Source: an uncultured Alphaproteobacteria bacterium (GTDB lineage Bacteria > Pseudomonadota > Alphaproteobacteria > Rhizobiales > Kaistiaceae). From it: a stretch of DNA of 64,000 nucleotides. Location of the stretch: assembly GCA_963710805.1 (NCBI GenBank), contig CAVQBS010000044.1, positions 155,108 to 219,107 on the forward strand. The letters run 5' to 3'. This document shows positions 12,297 through 23,381 of this stretch, piece after piece. The notes below the pieces were generated by a model, which was not told the origin of the DNA, did no database searches, and saw only the letters and a list, made by a program, of their open reading frames with translations. Positions within the stretch are counted from its first letter, which is position 1, and each line of letters opens with the position of its first letter. A program made the position numbers and the translations under genes.

Positions 12297-12800
12297 ATGC
12301 CGCAGATTTTCACCACGTCACGCTTCGGTCGACTGATCGTGGTCATCGGGGTAGCGCTCGCCCTCGGCGCGTGCGCCTCGAAGAAGAGCCTGACTGGCTC
12401 CGATCTCAGCATCACCGGCGCGGCGGCCCGTCCCGGCAGCACGCAGGAGTTCGTGGTCAGCGTCGGCGACCGGGTGTTCTTTGCCACCGATTCCGCCGAT
12501 TTCTCGCCGCAGGCGATCGCCACGCTCAACCGCCAGGTCCAGTGGCTTCGGCAATACCCGCAATACACCTTCGTCATCGAGGGCCACGCCGACGAGCGCG
12601 GGACTCGCGAGTACAACATCGCCCTCGGCGCGCGGCGCGCTACGGCGGTGCGGGATTACTTCGTGGCGCGGGGGATCGCCGCCAACCGCATGCGCACGAT
12701 CTCCTATGGCAAGGAACGACCGGTCGCGGTCTGCAACGATATCTCGTGCTGGTCGCAGAACCGCCGCGCTGTGATCGTGCTAAGTACCGCTGGCGTTTGA
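12297..12800 (+). CDS. pal: peptidoglycan-associated lipoprotein
   Basis: lipobox LGAC; EGHADERGTREYNIALG; SQNRRA. Confidence 0.97.
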   Translation: MPQIFTTSRFGRLIVVIGVALALGACASKKSLTGSDLSITGAAARPGSTQEFVVSVGDRVFFATDSADFSPQAIATLNRQVQWLRQYPQYTFVIEGHADERGTREYNIALGARRATAVRDYFVARGIAANRMRTISYGKERPVAVCNDISCWSQNRRAVIVLSTAGV

Positions 12801-12820
12801 CCGCGGTCATTGCACCGGAA

Positions 12821-12842
12821 AACGGCGGCTTCGGCCGCCGTT
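12821..12842 (+). terminator. hairpin after pal
   Basis: AACGGCGGC-TTCG-GCCGCCGTT; weak T tail. Confidence 0.55.
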
Positions 12843-12956
12843 GCCGTTTCCGGCGCCAAAATTTGGCCGAACTCGCGCGCCCTATGCTAGACGACCGCCG
12901 GGGAGGCTCGCAGCCGCCTTGTCTTCACGGGGTGGCACAGAGGGGACAAAGGTTCA

Positions 12957-13850
12957 GTGACGTTGAAAGCCGGTTCTGTTGCTCTCGCCGCTGCGGTTTT
13001 CGCGGTGGCCGGGGCCTCGTCGCCGACCGCATCGGACGCGGCGTGGTGGCCATGGTCCAAGCGCCAGGAACGCACGGAACAGCCGGCTCCGGCACCGCTG
13101 ACCGGTCCCGCACCGGCGGCGACTGGCGTCAACGTTGCCCAGGCCGACTTGGCAGACCGCCTCAATCGTGCCGAGGCCCGCATTCGCGAGTTGACCGGCC
13201 AGGTGCAGGAGCTCAATTTCCAGCTGCATGAAATCCAGCAGCAACTGGGGATCGAGGCAGGCACCGGCCAGCCGACCAACGGGATGATGACGATTCCGGA
13301 CAATCCGGCCGGTGGCGGGACTGGCGCGCCGCCGCGCGATCTCGGCAACCTCGTTATTGACGCGCCTGCCAATCAACCGATCGACCTTACGGCGCCCGGC
13401 GCCGCTGCGGCGGCCGCTCCGGCGGAAAAAGGCCAGCCGCGGGCCAATACCCAGGTCGTTTCGACGGGCGATCCGCAGTCGGACTACGACCGCGCATATT
13501 CGAGTATCCTGTCCGGTGACTACGAGCTCGCCGAATCGGCGTTCCGCAATTTCCTCGCCACCTATCCCGGCGACAACCGGGCGCCCGACGCGCAGTATTG
13601 GCTGGGCGAAAGCCTGTTCGCCCGCGGCCAGTACAGCGAGGCGGCCGATGCATTCCTGGCCGGCTACAAGGCCTATCCGAAGAGCGGCAAGGCGGCCGAC
13701 ACGCTGCTCAAGCTCGGACTTTCGCTTGCCGGCCTCGGCGAGCGCGAGGCTGCCTGCCAGACCTACGCCGAGGTGCTGAAGAAATACCCCAACGCCTCGA
13801 ACGCGCTCCACCAGAGGGTTACTGCAGAACAGGCCGTTGCCAACTGCTGA
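12957..13850 (+). CDS. cpoB: cell division coordinator CpoB (YbgF)
   Basis: signal peptide, coiled coil, TPR (AQYWLGES, LLKLGLSL, ACQTYAE). Confidence 0.93.
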   Translation: MTLKAGSVALAAAVFAVAGASSPTASDAAWWPWSKRQERTEQPAPAPLTGPAPAATGVNVAQADLADRLNRAEARIRELTGQVQELNFQLHEIQQQLGIEAGTGQPTNGMMTIPDNPAGGGTGAPPRDLGNLVIDAPANQPIDLTAPGAAAAAAPAEKGQPRANTQVVSTGDPQSDYDRAYSSILSGDYELAESAFRNFLATYPGDNRAPDAQYWLGESLFARGQYSEAADAFLAGYKAYPKSGKAADTLLKLGLSLAGLGEREAACQTYAEVLKKYPNASNALHQRVTAEQAVANC

Positions 13851-15165
13851 CGCAGCCGAACCGCTGACCGACAGCGAGATCGAGGCGCTCTTCGCGCCGG
13901 TCGCCGCGTCCCGGACTATTGCGCTTGCCGTTTCGGGCGGCGCTGATTCGCTGGCGCTTCTCGATGCGATCGACCGCTGGCGAAGGCGGGCCGGGCGGCC
14001 CGAGGCCGTCGTTCTCACCGTCGATCACGGGCTGCGGCCGCAGTCGGCCGGTGAAGCGGAGATGGTCGTCGACATCGCCAAGCAGCGCGGCATGCCAGTG
14101 CGCCTGCTCGCCACGTCCGGTCCGGCCCCTCGGAGCGATATCGAGGCCGAGGCCAGGCAGGCGCGATACCGGTTGCTGCTCGGGGCCGCGCGCGAGGCGA
14201 GGGCGTCGCATCTTCTTCTGGCCCATCACCGCGACGATCAGGCAGAGACGTTCCTCATGCGCCTACAGCGCGGGTCCGGTGTCTTTGGACTGTCCGCCAT
14301 GCGCCGCATGGTCGATGCCGGCGGCCTGATGATTTTCCGGCCGTTCCTCGACATCCCGCGATCGCGGCTCGCCGCGACCACCGCGGCCGCCGGGCTTGCC
14401 GCGGTCGATGATCCGATGAACAGCGATCCGCGTTTCCTGCGCGCCCGGATCAGGCAGATCATGCCGACACTTGCCGGTGTGGGGATCGGGCCGTCGGAGC
14501 TTGCGCTGACGGCAGCGCGTTTCGCCACCGCCGCCGATGCCATCGATGCTGCGACCGACCGCTTCATCGAAGCCTCGGTCGTGATCAGCGAGTTGGCGGT
14601 GGCCAGGATCGTTCTGGCGGCGTTCCGCGCCGAGCCGGAGGAGATCCGTCTGCGGTTCCTCGTCCGGCTGATGATGGCGATCGGGGGCGAGCCCTATCCG
14701 CCCCGTTTCCAGCGACTGAAGGCCCTCCACGACGGCCTTCTCGGCGCCGGGCACGGCCGCTTCAAGCGCACGCTGTCCGGGGTCGTTGCCGAGGTCCGCA
14801 GCGGCTCCGTCCTGTTCTACCGCGAGGCCGGTCGGACCGGTCTCCCCGAGGTGCCGGTCGGGCCGGGATATCAGGGCGTATGGGATCGCAGATTCCGGGT
14901 CCATGTCGGCGACGATGCCCCGAACGACCTCGTTCTTGGGGCGCTCGGCGCGGCCAGCGGCCAGTTCCGGCCGGACGGCTCGAACCAGATTCCGCCGGCG
15001 GCGTTATCGGTGCAGCCGGCGATCCGGCGGAAGGGAAAGGTGGTGGCGGTGCCGACGATCGGGACGGGTCGAGCCGGGAAAACAACCTTCGCGGTCCTCG
15101 TTCGCGAGGTCGTCAGCGATCGTCTCGAGAACCCGTCGCGGTTCCCGGAGTACGGTGAACCATGA
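13837..15165 (+). CDS. tilS: tRNA(Ile)-lysidine synthetase
   Basis: AVSGGADS, VDHGLR, HHRDDQAETFLMRL. Confidence 0.96.
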   Translation: MPTADAAEPLTDSEIEALFAPVAASRTIALAVSGGADSLALLDAIDRWRRRAGRPEAVVLTVDHGLRPQSAGEAEMVVDIAKQRGMPVRLLATSGPAPRSDIEAEARQARYRLLLGAAREARASHLLLAHHRDDQAETFLMRLQRGSGVFGLSAMRRMVDAGGLMIFRPFLDIPRSRLAATTAAAGLAAVDDPMNSDPRFLRARIRQIMPTLAGVGIGPSELALTAARFATAADAIDAATDRFIEASVVISELAVARIVLAAFRAEPEEIRLRFLVRLMMAIGGEPYPPRFQRLKALHDGLLGAGHGRFKRTLSGVVAEVRSGSVLFYREAGRTGLPEVPVGPGYQGVWDRRFRVHVGDDAPNDLVLGALGAASGQFRPDGSNQIPPAALSVQPAIRRKGKVVAVPTIGTGRAGKTTFAVLVREVVSDRLENPSRFPEYGEP

Positions 15166-15218
15166 TGAAATGCTGTTCACCCTGCCGTAATTTCAGCATG
15201 ATAGGACAGCAGAGTCTT

Positions 15219-15247
15219 GTTGGAATTCAGCCACCCGGCACCTATCT
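15219..15247 (+). promoter_or_regulatory. putative RpoH-type promoter of ftsH
   Basis: GTTGGA-N16-CCTATCT resembles rhizobial CTTGAA-N16-CCTATMT. Confidence 0.45.
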
Positions 15248-15299
15248 TAACGCTTGAGAAACCGGGTTGGAGCGGACGGCGCGCCGCCGAGGGACCAGA

Positions 15300-17228
15300 A
15301 TGAACGCCAATTTCCGTAATTTTGCGTTGTGGGTGATCATCGGCCTGGTGCTGATCGCCCTGTTTAACCTGTTCCAGAATTCCGGCCAGCGCGTTTCCGG
15401 ACACGACATCTCGTATTCCCAGTTCCTCAACGATGTTGATCAGGGCCGGGTGCGCAACGTTGTCATCTCCGGTCAGCAGATCGCCGGCATGTATACCGAT
15501 GGCGGCGCCTTCCAGACATTCGCTCCGGAGGACCCTGAACTGGTCAAGCGGCTCGAGGAGCGGGGTGTTTCCATCACTGCCAAGCCGCCGGCCGAGGCCG
15601 GTCAGTCGCTGATCGGGATGCTGGTCTCCTGGCTGCCGATGTTCCTCATCCTCGCCGTGTGGATATTCTTCATGCGACAGATGCAGGGGACCGGCGGCAA
15701 GGCGCTCGGATTTGGCAAGTCCAAGGCGAAGCTCCTGACCGAGGCGCACGGTCGCGTCACCTTCGAGGACGTGGCGGGTGTCGACGAGGCCAAGGAAGAC
15801 CTCCAGGAGATCGTCGAATTCCTGCGCGACCCGCAGAAGTTCCAGCGGCTCGGCGGACGGATTCCGCGCGGCGTGCTGTTGGTCGGTCCCCCCGGCACCG
15901 GCAAGACGCTGCTCGCCCGGGCGATCGCCGGCGAGGCCAACGTTCCCTTCTTTACCATTTCCGGCTCCGACTTCGTCGAGATGTTCGTCGGTGTCGGCGC
16001 GTCCCGCGTCCGCGACATGTTCGAGCAGGCCAAGAAGAACGCGCCCTGCATCATCTTCATCGACGAGATCGATGCGGTCGGCCGCCATCGAGGCGCCGGC
16101 CTCGGCGGCGGCAATGACGAGCGCGAGCAGACGCTGAACCAGCTCCTCGTCGAGATGGACGGCTTCGAGGCGAACGAGGGCATCATCCTCATCGCCGCCA
16201 CCAACCGGCCCGACGTGCTCGACCCGGCGCTGCTCCGTCCCGGTCGTTTCGACCGCCAGATCGTCGTGCCAAACCCCGACGTTGTCGGCCGCGAGAAGAT
16301 CCTCAAGGTGCACGTGCGCAAGGTGCCGCTTGCTCCCGACGTCGACCTCAAGACCGTCGCGCGTGGCACGCCCGGCTTCTCCGGCGCCGACCTGATGAAC
16401 CTCGTCAACGAGGCGGCGCTGCTTGCCGCCCGGCGCGGCAAACGGCTGGTCACCATGGCGGAGTTCGAGGACGCCAAGGACAAGGTGATGATGGGCGCCG
16501 AGCGCCGCACCTTGGTGATGACCGAGGACGAGAAGCGCCTCACCGCCTATCACGAAGGCGGCCACGCCATCTGCGCGCTGCACGTGCCCGCCACCGATCC
16601 GGTGCACAAGGCGACGATCATCCCGCGCGGCCGGGCGCTCGGCATGGTGATGCAGCTGCCCGAGCGCGACAAGCTGTCGATGAGCCTCGAGCAGATGACC
16701 TCGCGCCTCGCCATCATGATGGGCGGCCGCGTCGCCGAGGAGATTATCTTCGGCCGCGACAAGGTCACCTCGGGTGCCGCCTCTGACATCGAAGGCGCAA
16801 CGCGGCTGGCGCGGATGATGGTCACCCGCTGGGGACTGTCCGACGAACTCGGCACGGTCGCCTATGGCGAGAACCAGGAAGAGGTCTTCCTCGGCCATTC
16901 GGTGTCCCGCCAGCAGAACGTCTCCGAGGAGACGGCGCAGAAGATCGACGCCGAAATCCGCCGGCTGGTGGAAACCGGGCTCGCCGAGGCGAGGCGGATT
17001 CTCACCGACCACCGGGACGAGCTCGAGACCCTTGCCCAAGGGCTGCTCGAATACGAGACGCTATCCGGTGACGAAATCAGGAACCTGCTCGCCGGCAAGC
17101 CGCCGGTGCGCGATACCGGCGACGATCAGCCGGCATCGCGTGGGTCGGCCGTCCCCGTTACGAAGGGCAAGCCGAAGGGCGCCGGAGGCGAGCCCGACAC
17201 CGGTCTCGAGCCGCAGCCGCAGGCCTGA
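15300..17228 (+). CDS. ftsH: ATP-dependent zinc metalloprotease FtsH
   Basis: [20 protein letters not shown] zinc motif. Confidence 0.98.
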   Translation: MNANFRNFALWVIIGLVLIALFNLFQNSGQRVSGHDISYSQFLNDVDQGRVRNVVISGQQIAGMYTDGGAFQTFAPEDPELVKRLEERGVSITAKPPAEAGQSLIGMLVSWLPMFLILAVWIFFMRQMQGTGGKALGFGKSKAKLLTEAHGRVTFEDVAGVDEAKEDLQEIVEFLRDPQKFQRLGGRIPRGVLLVGPPGTGKTLLARAIAGEANVPFFTISGSDFVEMFVGVGASRVRDMFEQAKKNAPCIIFIDEIDAVGRHRGAGLGGGNDEREQTLNQLLVEMDGFEANEGIILIAATNRPDVLDPALLRPGRFDRQIVVPNPDVVGREKILKVHVRKVPLAPDVDLKTVARGTPGFSGADLMNLVNEAALLAARRGKRLVTMAEFEDAKDKVMMGAERRTLVMTEDEKRLTAYHEGGHAICALHVPATDPVHKATIIPRGRALGMVMQLPERDKLSMSLEQMTSRLAIMMGGRVAEEIIFGRDKVTSGAASDIEGATRLARMMVTRWGLSDELGTVAYGENQEEVFLGHSVSRQQNVSEETAQKIDAEIRRLVETGLAEARRILTDHRDELETLAQGLLEYETLSGDEIRNLLAGKPPVRDTGDDQPASRGSAVPVTKGKPKGAGGEPDTGLEPQPQA

Positions 17229-17485
17229 TTCGCGCCTCCGACCGCGGGTCGGGTGGCCCCGAATCACCTGACGTGATTCGGGCGGTGGGTAAGAATTCGT
17301 TAAGAAAATAGTCGCCTGTCGCGACGGACCGGCCTCTTCGAGCGCTGGCCGGGGCCAGCTGGGATCTCTCCTCAAGTCATTGAATTGTCATGCATTCGAG
17401 ACCGCGGCCAGTCCGCAGGCACCACCGCGGCGGATTCGACAGGCCAGCAAAAATGAGCATGATTGCTTAAGGTTACCAAACGTGG

Positions 17486-17511
17486 TTAATCTGACTTTAA
17501 CGATTAACCAT
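17486..17511 (+). promoter_or_regulatory. CtrA box plus half-site upstream of the omp gene
   Basis: perfect TTAA-tctgact-TTAAC (17486-17501) and TTAACCAT (17504-17511); another near-match at 17289-17303. Confidence 0.75.
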
Positions 17512-17587
17512 AACAATTCCCTTCCAGAGACCGAACCGTTGTTGGCGCCCGCGCAATGCGGAAATGCGCAAGGGGAAAGGACTGGAT

Positions 17588-18367
17588 ATGGGGAGCTTCA
17601 AGAAATTCGCGGTGGTGGGTGCCGCCATCGGCCTCGTGGCGCCGGTGGCATCGGCGCTGGCGGCCGACATGCCGGAGAGCTATTTCGCGGCTCCGGCGCC
17701 GACGCCCTATGAGGTCGGCAGCAACTGGTACCTGCGCGGCGACCTCGGCTACAAATGGTACATGGCGCCCGATGCCAGCTTCAACCAGCCTGGCTACGGC
17801 AGTATGAAGGACGAGAGCCTGAGCAGCACGGGCGTCGTCGGCGGCGGCTTCGGGTACCAGTTCAACAACTCGTTCCGCACCGATCTGACCGTCGACTATG
17901 AGTGGCCGGGCAAGTTCAAGGGCAAGCTGAGGTGTCCGGATCCGTGCACAGGCAAGCCCGGCAAGGAATACTCGACGGAGTATGCCGATATCACCGCCTG
18001 GAGCGGGCTGGTGAATTTCTACTGGGACTTCGACCTGAGCGGCGAGGGGCTCGCGCCCATCATCCCGTACATCGGCGCCGGTCTCGGCGCTTCGAGCCTG
18101 ACCACCAGCAAGGTCCACTACCTCAACCCCAACGGCACGACCGGGAAATGGGGCGGCGCCACGGAGGTGAATTTCGCCTGGGCGCTGATGGCGGGCGTCT
18201 CCGTTCCGATGGGCAAGAACTGGCTGATGGATCTCAACTACCGCTACGTCAATCTCGGCGACGCGAGGTCGGGCAAGACGCAGAAGCAGTTCGGTAACAA
18301 GCGGATCAACTACGACAACATCGCGGCTTCGGAAGTCCGCCTCGGCTTCCGCTACCTGCTCAACTGA
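17588..18367 (+). CDS. outer membrane beta-barrel protein (porin/opacity-like)
   Basis: signal peptide then AADM, WYLRGDLGY, FRTDLT, PYIGAGLG, C-terminal EVRLGFRY. Confidence 0.88.
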   Translation: MGSFKKFAVVGAAIGLVAPVASALAADMPESYFAAPAPTPYEVGSNWYLRGDLGYKWYMAPDASFNQPGYGSMKDESLSSTGVVGGGFGYQFNNSFRTDLTVDYEWPGKFKGKLRCPDPCTGKPGKEYSTEYADITAWSGLVNFYWDFDLSGEGLAPIIPYIGAGLGASSLTTSKVHYLNPNGTTGKWGGATEVNFAWALMAGVSVPMGKNWLMDLNYRYVNLGDARSGKTQKQFGNKRINYDNIAASEVRLGFRYLLN

Positions 18368-18408
18368 CTGGGCGGCCGTTCTCCTCCGGCCGCACCGGGG
18401 GCGCATCG

Positions 18409-18439
18409 AACGCGGCGGGGTCAGTCCCTCGCCGCGTTT
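18409..18439 (+). terminator. intrinsic terminator-like hairpin after the omp gene
   Basis: AACGCGGCGGGG...CCCTCGCCGCGTTT. Confidence 0.6.
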
Positions 18440-18454
18440 GGCGTTTGCGCGAGC

Positions 18455-18561
18455 CGTCGCCGATGATCTGCTCCTCGCTGAACTTGCTCCGTCGCATCGT
18501 CCGTCTCCTCTCGAAGGCGACAGCTAACCTCGGATCGAGGGCACCTCAGGGGGCAAGGTCA
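18455..18561 (-). mobile_element. IS3-family left-end remnant
   Basis: minus strand starts TGACCTTGCCCC, then GAGGAG RBS and ATG at 18497 reading MRRSKFSEEQIIG before similarity breaks off. Confidence 0.75.
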
Positions 18562-18776
18562 AGCTTCACCCGCACTCAGGCCTCAGATTCCTCTCCCCAA
18601 GGGAGTTCCCTTCGCCTCGGTGCTTGACCGCCACCGCTTGTCTCTCCCCTCCACGTTGGCGGACAGATGCAACGCGACTTCATACGGTCTTCACCAAGAC
18701 CGTCCGCGGCTTGGTTTGGCGGGGCCACCTGGCGAAAGAGCGCCGAGGACAAGGCCTGCCCAGACAACCGGCAGGA

Positions 18777-19757
18777 TCAATCGAGTTTGGCTCGCAGTGA
18801 CCGGAAGAGTTCGCCGGTTTTGAGAGAGGTGAGGACGGCTTCAGCAGTCGCCAGTCCGGACAGGGCATCGGCGAGCGTGACCGTCTGCGGGGGGTGGTGG
18901 GACCGGATGCACTCGACGAAGTGTGCCAATTCCCTCGCCAGGGGCTGATCGGAATCGGCTCCGCTGATGTCCGACTCCCACGGTGCGGTTCCGTAAAGGC
19001 GGATCATGTTTCCTACCTCGAGTTCGACGCTGCCGCGTTCGCCAATCACTTCGATACGATCGGGCGGGCAAGACTTGGTCGGAAAGACCCAGGCCGTCGA
19101 CAGTCGCCACACCGCACCGCGATCGTCGGTGGCCGTCATCACTGTTTCGGATCGCGATTCTCGGGGCGGCCGGCGCGTGGCCAGCAGGTCTCGAATGCGG
19201 GCGCCGGTGATCCAGTGGCACAAGTCGATGTCGTGGATCATTGTCATCAAGACTGGATCATCCGCATAGCGAGTCGCATGGCTTTCGTCACGATGCCGCC
19301 GCGCCGTTATCGACACGATCGGCCCGACAGCGTCAGAGCGAGCAAGCTCGACGAAGCGGCGATGAGGTGCCGAGAACCTAAGGACGTGCCCCGGCAAGAC
19401 GAAGGCGCGACTCCGCGAGGCGGCATCGGCAAGAACGGCGGCTTCCGCCATGCTTGGCGCAACCGGCTTTTCGAGCAGAACCGGAATGTCCCGTTCAAGG
19501 GCCGCAGCGGCAATGGGAACGTGGGTGACAGCCGGTGTGGCGACAATCAACCCGTCGGGCCGTATCTGCCGCACGAGATCGGCTGCATCGGTTGCCCAAT
19601 CGGCTACCCCGAATTGCCGGGCGGCATCCTTTGCCGCAGTCGCGTTGATGTCGGCAACGCCAGCCAGATCGACGCCGTCCATTCGCGACGCGATGCGCAC
19701 ATGTTCGCTGCCAAAGGCGCCGGCTCCTGCCACCACCAGCCGCACGGCTTCCGTCAT
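18777..19757 (-). CDS. Gfo/Idh/MocA family oxidoreductase
   Basis: GAGAFG, VLLEKP, GHVLRF, MIHDID. Confidence 0.92.
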   Translation of the reverse strand: MTEAVRLVVAGAGAFGSEHVRIASRMDGVDLAGVADINATAAKDAARQFGVADWATDAADLVRQIRPDGLIVATPAVTHVPIAAAALERDIPVLLEKPVAPSMAEAAVLADAASRSRAFVLPGHVLRFSAPHRRFVELARSDAVGPIVSITARRHRDESHATRYADDPVLMTMIHDIDLCHWITGARIRDLLATRRPPRESRSETVMTATDDRGAVWRLSTAWVFPTKSCPPDRIEVIGERGSVELEVGNMIRLYGTAPWESDISGADSDQPLARELAHFVECIRSHHPPQTVTLADALSGLATAEAVLTSLKTGELFRSLRAKLD

Positions 19758-19839
19758 GTGATGCCGGCTTCCCCCAGCCCGGTGAACGCGACCCGCGAAA
19801 CAAACTCGTCGCGCCCGATCAGCGTCCCGAAGCGGATTT

Positions 19840-20733
19840 CTACCCCTTCACCATGCCTTCCGCCAGCCCCTTGAAGAACAGCTTCTGGGCAAATGTGAAG
19901 GCAATGATGCCCGGCATGACGACGATGACATAGACGGCGGCAAGGTTGGGCCAGGCCCACTGGCCCTGCCCGCCCTGGGCGGCGGCAAGGACGACGGGCA
20001 TCGTCCGCTTCGCCTCGTCGTCGATGAGCGTCAGGCACAACAGGTACTCGCCCCAGGCGGTGACGAAGTTGACGATGAACACGACCACCAGCCCATTCCG
20101 CACCATCGGCACACCGATCGTCAAAAGCGTCCGCCAGGCGCCGGCGCCGTCGATCTTGGCGGCCTCGATGAGCTCGTGCGGCACGAGCTGGAACATGCTG
20201 CGCATGATCAGGATACTGATCGCCAGCTGAAGGGTGATGTAGGGCAGGATAAGGCCGGCGGTGTTGTTGATCAGGCCAAGCCAGTTCTGGGTCTGGTAGA
20301 TGCTGATGATCGAGACGACGCGCACCGGGAAATAGAGCGATACCAGCAGCACGGCCACAACGATGCCGGCGCCCCGCGGCCGGAGATGCACGAGCGAATA
20401 TCCGGCGAGCACTGCGCAGGCCGTGGTGATCAGGACCGTGGCGGTGGTGACATAGATGCTGTTGAACAGGTTGATCGGCAGCGTCCTGATCCGCTCGAAG
20501 ACGAACGAATAGTGCGTAAAGTCGAAGTTGCGCGGCCAGAAATCGCCGCGCATGGAGTCGGGGAGCGACTTCACCGACATCATCAGCACCCAGACCAGCG
20601 GCAGGATGATGATGATCATGAAGAAGATGATGACCGCGTGACGCACGATGGCCGGGCGGTTCTTCCCGAACCAGCTTGGCTCATGGCGCCGCGCGAGGGG
20701 AGGGCTCAGAGGGATCGTCGCTTCTTGCGTCAT
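19840..20733 (-). CDS. carbohydrate ABC transporter permease (MalG-like)
   Basis: ELIEAAKIDGA EAA loop; 6 TM. Confidence 0.92.
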   Translation of the reverse strand: MTQEATIPLSPPLARRHEPSWFGKNRPAIVRHAVIIFFMIIIILPLVWVLMMSVKSLPDSMRGDFWPRNFDFTHYSFVFERIRTLPINLFNSIYVTTATVLITTACAVLAGYSLVHLRPRGAGIVVAVLLVSLYFPVRVVSIISIYQTQNWLGLINNTAGLILPYITLQLAISILIMRSMFQLVPHELIEAAKIDGAGAWRTLLTIGVPMVRNGLVVVFIVNFVTAWGEYLLCLTLIDDEAKRTMPVVLAAAQGGQGQWAWPNLAAVYVIVVMPGIIAFTFAQKLFFKGLAEGMVKG

Positions 20734-20739
20734 GGCCGG

Positions 20740-21693
20740 TCAGTCCCGAGGCCGGAATATGCGGATCAGGAGGACCATGACGATCATCATCGCCACCGCC
20801 CCGATCATGCCGATCGCCGCGGCATAGCCCTGCCGCCAAAGGCCGGTCTTGAAGGCCTGATCGTACATGAAGATGGTCCACGTATAGGTCGGCGAGGCGC
20901 GGTTGAACCCCCCGAAGATGAGGTATTCGTCGATCACCGCCATTGCGGTGCCGAAGCGCAACACGACCAGGATCATCATGATCGGCGCCAGTCGCGGCCG
21001 CACCACGTGCCAGAACACCTGCCACTCGTTGGCGCCGTCGATACGGGCGGCGTCGGGCAGGTCCTTGGGGATCGCGGCGAGGCCGGCGAGAAAGAAGATG
21101 GTGTGGTAGCCGAGACCCCACCAGATTTCCATGATCGCGATCGACGGCAAGGTCAGCGGCGTGCCGCCCAGCCACTGCGGTGCATTCTGCAGGGTGAACA
21201 GACCCGTCGTACTGACGAGGAAATGGTTTATCGGCCCCACCTGATAGTTGTACATCCACTTCCACAGCACGAATATGAGGGTGCTTGGAATCACGGCCGG
21301 AATGAGCAGCACGACCCGGTAGATTGTCGCGAGCCGCCGGTTGGTCACACGGTCGATGAGGACTGCCAGAAGAAGCGGCAGGATGATCGTTCCTGGGAGG
21401 AACATCATGGTGAACAGCGTGGCACGCCAGAGGCTCGCCCACATCAGTGGGTCGCCCAATGCCTCGACGTAGTTGGCGAAGCCTACCCATTGGGCCGGGT
21501 CGTTGGACAGGAACTTGTAGTCGGTGAAGCTTAGCCAGAGAACCCGAACGATCGGCCAGAGCTGATAGCCGACGAAGAAGGCCACCGCCGGCAACAGGAA
21601 CAGCCACGCGCCACCCTGCCGAAACAGCGCCGTAAGACCGCCCAGTCGGCCTGGATAGAGGCCCGCCTGGTCGGATGCAATCGTCTGTGCCAT
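20740..21693 (-). CDS. carbohydrate ABC transporter permease (MalF-like)
   Basis: WVGFANY, DAARIDGA. Confidence 0.92.
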   Translation of the reverse strand: MAQTIASDQAGLYPGRLGGLTALFRQGGAWLFLLPAVAFFVGYQLWPIVRVLWLSFTDYKFLSNDPAQWVGFANYVEALGDPLMWASLWRATLFTMMFLPGTIILPLLLAVLIDRVTNRRLATIYRVVLLIPAVIPSTLIFVLWKWMYNYQVGPINHFLVSTTGLFTLQNAPQWLGGTPLTLPSIAIMEIWWGLGYHTIFFLAGLAAIPKDLPDAARIDGANEWQVFWHVVRPRLAPIMMILVVLRFGTAMAVIDEYLIFGGFNRASPTYTWTIFMYDQAFKTGLWRQGYAAAIGMIGAVAMMIVMVLLIRIFRPRD

Positions 21694-21780
21694 GCGCTTC
21701 GATTAAGGGCTGAGCGTTGCCATCAAGGCGATCCGGGGGCCAAGGCAGAAAGCCGCCCTGGTCCCCGATGTAACTGGCGA

Positions 21781-23160
21781 CTAGCCCTTTTTCATCTCGG
21801 CCTGGACCGCGTCCATGACCTTCTGCATCGCCACCTTGGGATCGGGCTCCTCGCCCTTGAGGTAGGTCTCCCAGATGGGCTTGCCGATCACGAACTGCTG
21901 GAGCCCGAACAGGTTGTTGGTAATCGCCTTGGCCCGATCGAGCTGGCCGCGCACCAGTCCAACGAACGGAGGCATCCAGTCCGGCTTGCTGGCGTCCCAG
22001 TCCGCATAGATGGACTTGTAGGGCGGCAACTGGCCGGGATGGCCGCTTGGGGTTCCGACGATCGAGTTCTTCCAGATTTGCGGATCGTAGGTCAGCGCCT
22101 TGATATATTCGGCCGCCTTCTCCTTGTTCTGGCCGTACTTGAACAGCGCGCAACCCGTCGTCCAGAACACGGTCGAGCCTTCGCCGTTCGGGAACTTCGG
22201 CAATGGTCCGAGATGGAGCAGCGTCGGATCATCCCAATTTGCCGCCATGCGCAACGGGGCGTTGAAGTACTTGAAGTAGAGGGCGACCCGCTGGGCGGCG
22301 AAAGCGACCTCGTCGGGAGTCCCGTTCACGCCCGCGTCCGTCGCGCCTTCCAGCAAGATGTCCGGATTGGCCATCGCCATGATCGTCTTCATCAGCTTCA
22401 ACGCCTCGATCGCCGGCTCGCTGGTGAAGTCGAACAGCCCCTCCGGCGTGTAGACGTCGGTGCTCATGCTGTGGGTGATGGGCGCCACCGAGCGCCACCC
22501 GTGCGAATCGAAGGTGGCGCCCCATGGCGCGGCCTTCGAATCAACGACCTTCTGTCCAGCGGCTAGGAAATCGTCCCAGGTCGCGGGCGCCTCATCGGCG
22601 ACGCCTGCCTTGTTCGTCAGGCCCGAGTGCCATCCCGTTCCGATCACGTCCAGCAGGAAAGGCCAGCCGTATATCTTGCCGTCGATCGTATTCTCTTCAC
22701 GGATGGAAGGAATGATGTCGTCGAGCACCTCCTTCGGCATATAGTCGTCCCATGGCTCGATGACCCCGGCTTCCTTCATCGCCGTCATTTCCACGAACGG
22801 CGTCTGGCCGACATAGACGTCCCAGGTGCTTTCACCGGCTTTCGCCTCGGCCACGAAGCGCTCGATTCCGAAGCCCTCGACGGGCGCGATCTGGTAGTTG
22901 ATCCCCGGGAACTCGCCGTTCACGGTCGCGATGCCGGGGTGAAGGTTCTCGATCCACTGATAGAACGTCGGCGTCAGCGGGCGGTCATCGGCAGCAAAGG
23001 CCGGCCCGATGCCGGTTTTCGTGGCCGCCGCGACGCCGGCCATGCCGAGGCCGGCGACCATGCTGCGCGTGAGAAACTGACGCCGGTCGATCGTTCCTTG
23101 AAGCAGCTGCCGGCGCAATGCCTGCTGCAGCACGTGCTCCTCTTCCTTTCGTACGCTCAT
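21781..23160 (-). CDS. extracellular solute-binding protein, Tat-exported
   Basis: IDRRQFL twin-arginine signal; family 1 SBP features; upstream of the two permeases. Confidence 0.85.
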   Translation of the reverse strand: MSVRKEEEHVLQQALRRQLLQGTIDRRQFLTRSMVAGLGMAGVAAATKTGIGPAFAADDRPLTPTFYQWIENLHPGIATVNGEFPGINYQIAPVEGFGIERFVAEAKAGESTWDVYVGQTPFVEMTAMKEAGVIEPWDDYMPKEVLDDIIPSIREENTIDGKIYGWPFLLDVIGTGWHSGLTNKAGVADEAPATWDDFLAAGQKVVDSKAAPWGATFDSHGWRSVAPITHSMSTDVYTPEGLFDFTSEPAIEALKLMKTIMAMANPDILLEGATDAGVNGTPDEVAFAAQRVALYFKYFNAPLRMAANWDDPTLLHLGPLPKFPNGEGSTVFWTTGCALFKYGQNKEKAAEYIKALTYDPQIWKNSIVGTPSGHPGQLPPYKSIYADWDASKPDWMPPFVGLVRGQLDRAKAITNNLFGLQQFVIGKPIWETYLKGEEPDPKVAMQKVMDAVQAEMKKG

Positions 23161-23381
23161 AGGTTCCCCCTCCGGGATTGATCAGGGATTTCGTGGAGTT
23201 TGTTCGATACCGCTATCTTTGCAGGTTCGCCTGTCCACAACGGATTCGGCCCCCGCAGGCTGCTCGGCTCACCCCTCCTAACGCTCTCGGCCCGCTCCAC
23301 ATCGGACCTCGACATCAGCCCATTGAGGATACTATCAGGGAGAACCACCGACGAAGCAAGCGGTCGAAGGAAGGACGAAAC

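Noticed and set aside
15177-17039. Long antisense ORFs (also 26472-28604, 32622-34490, 44430-45923)
   Set aside because: Shadows of GC-rich real genes on the opposite strand.
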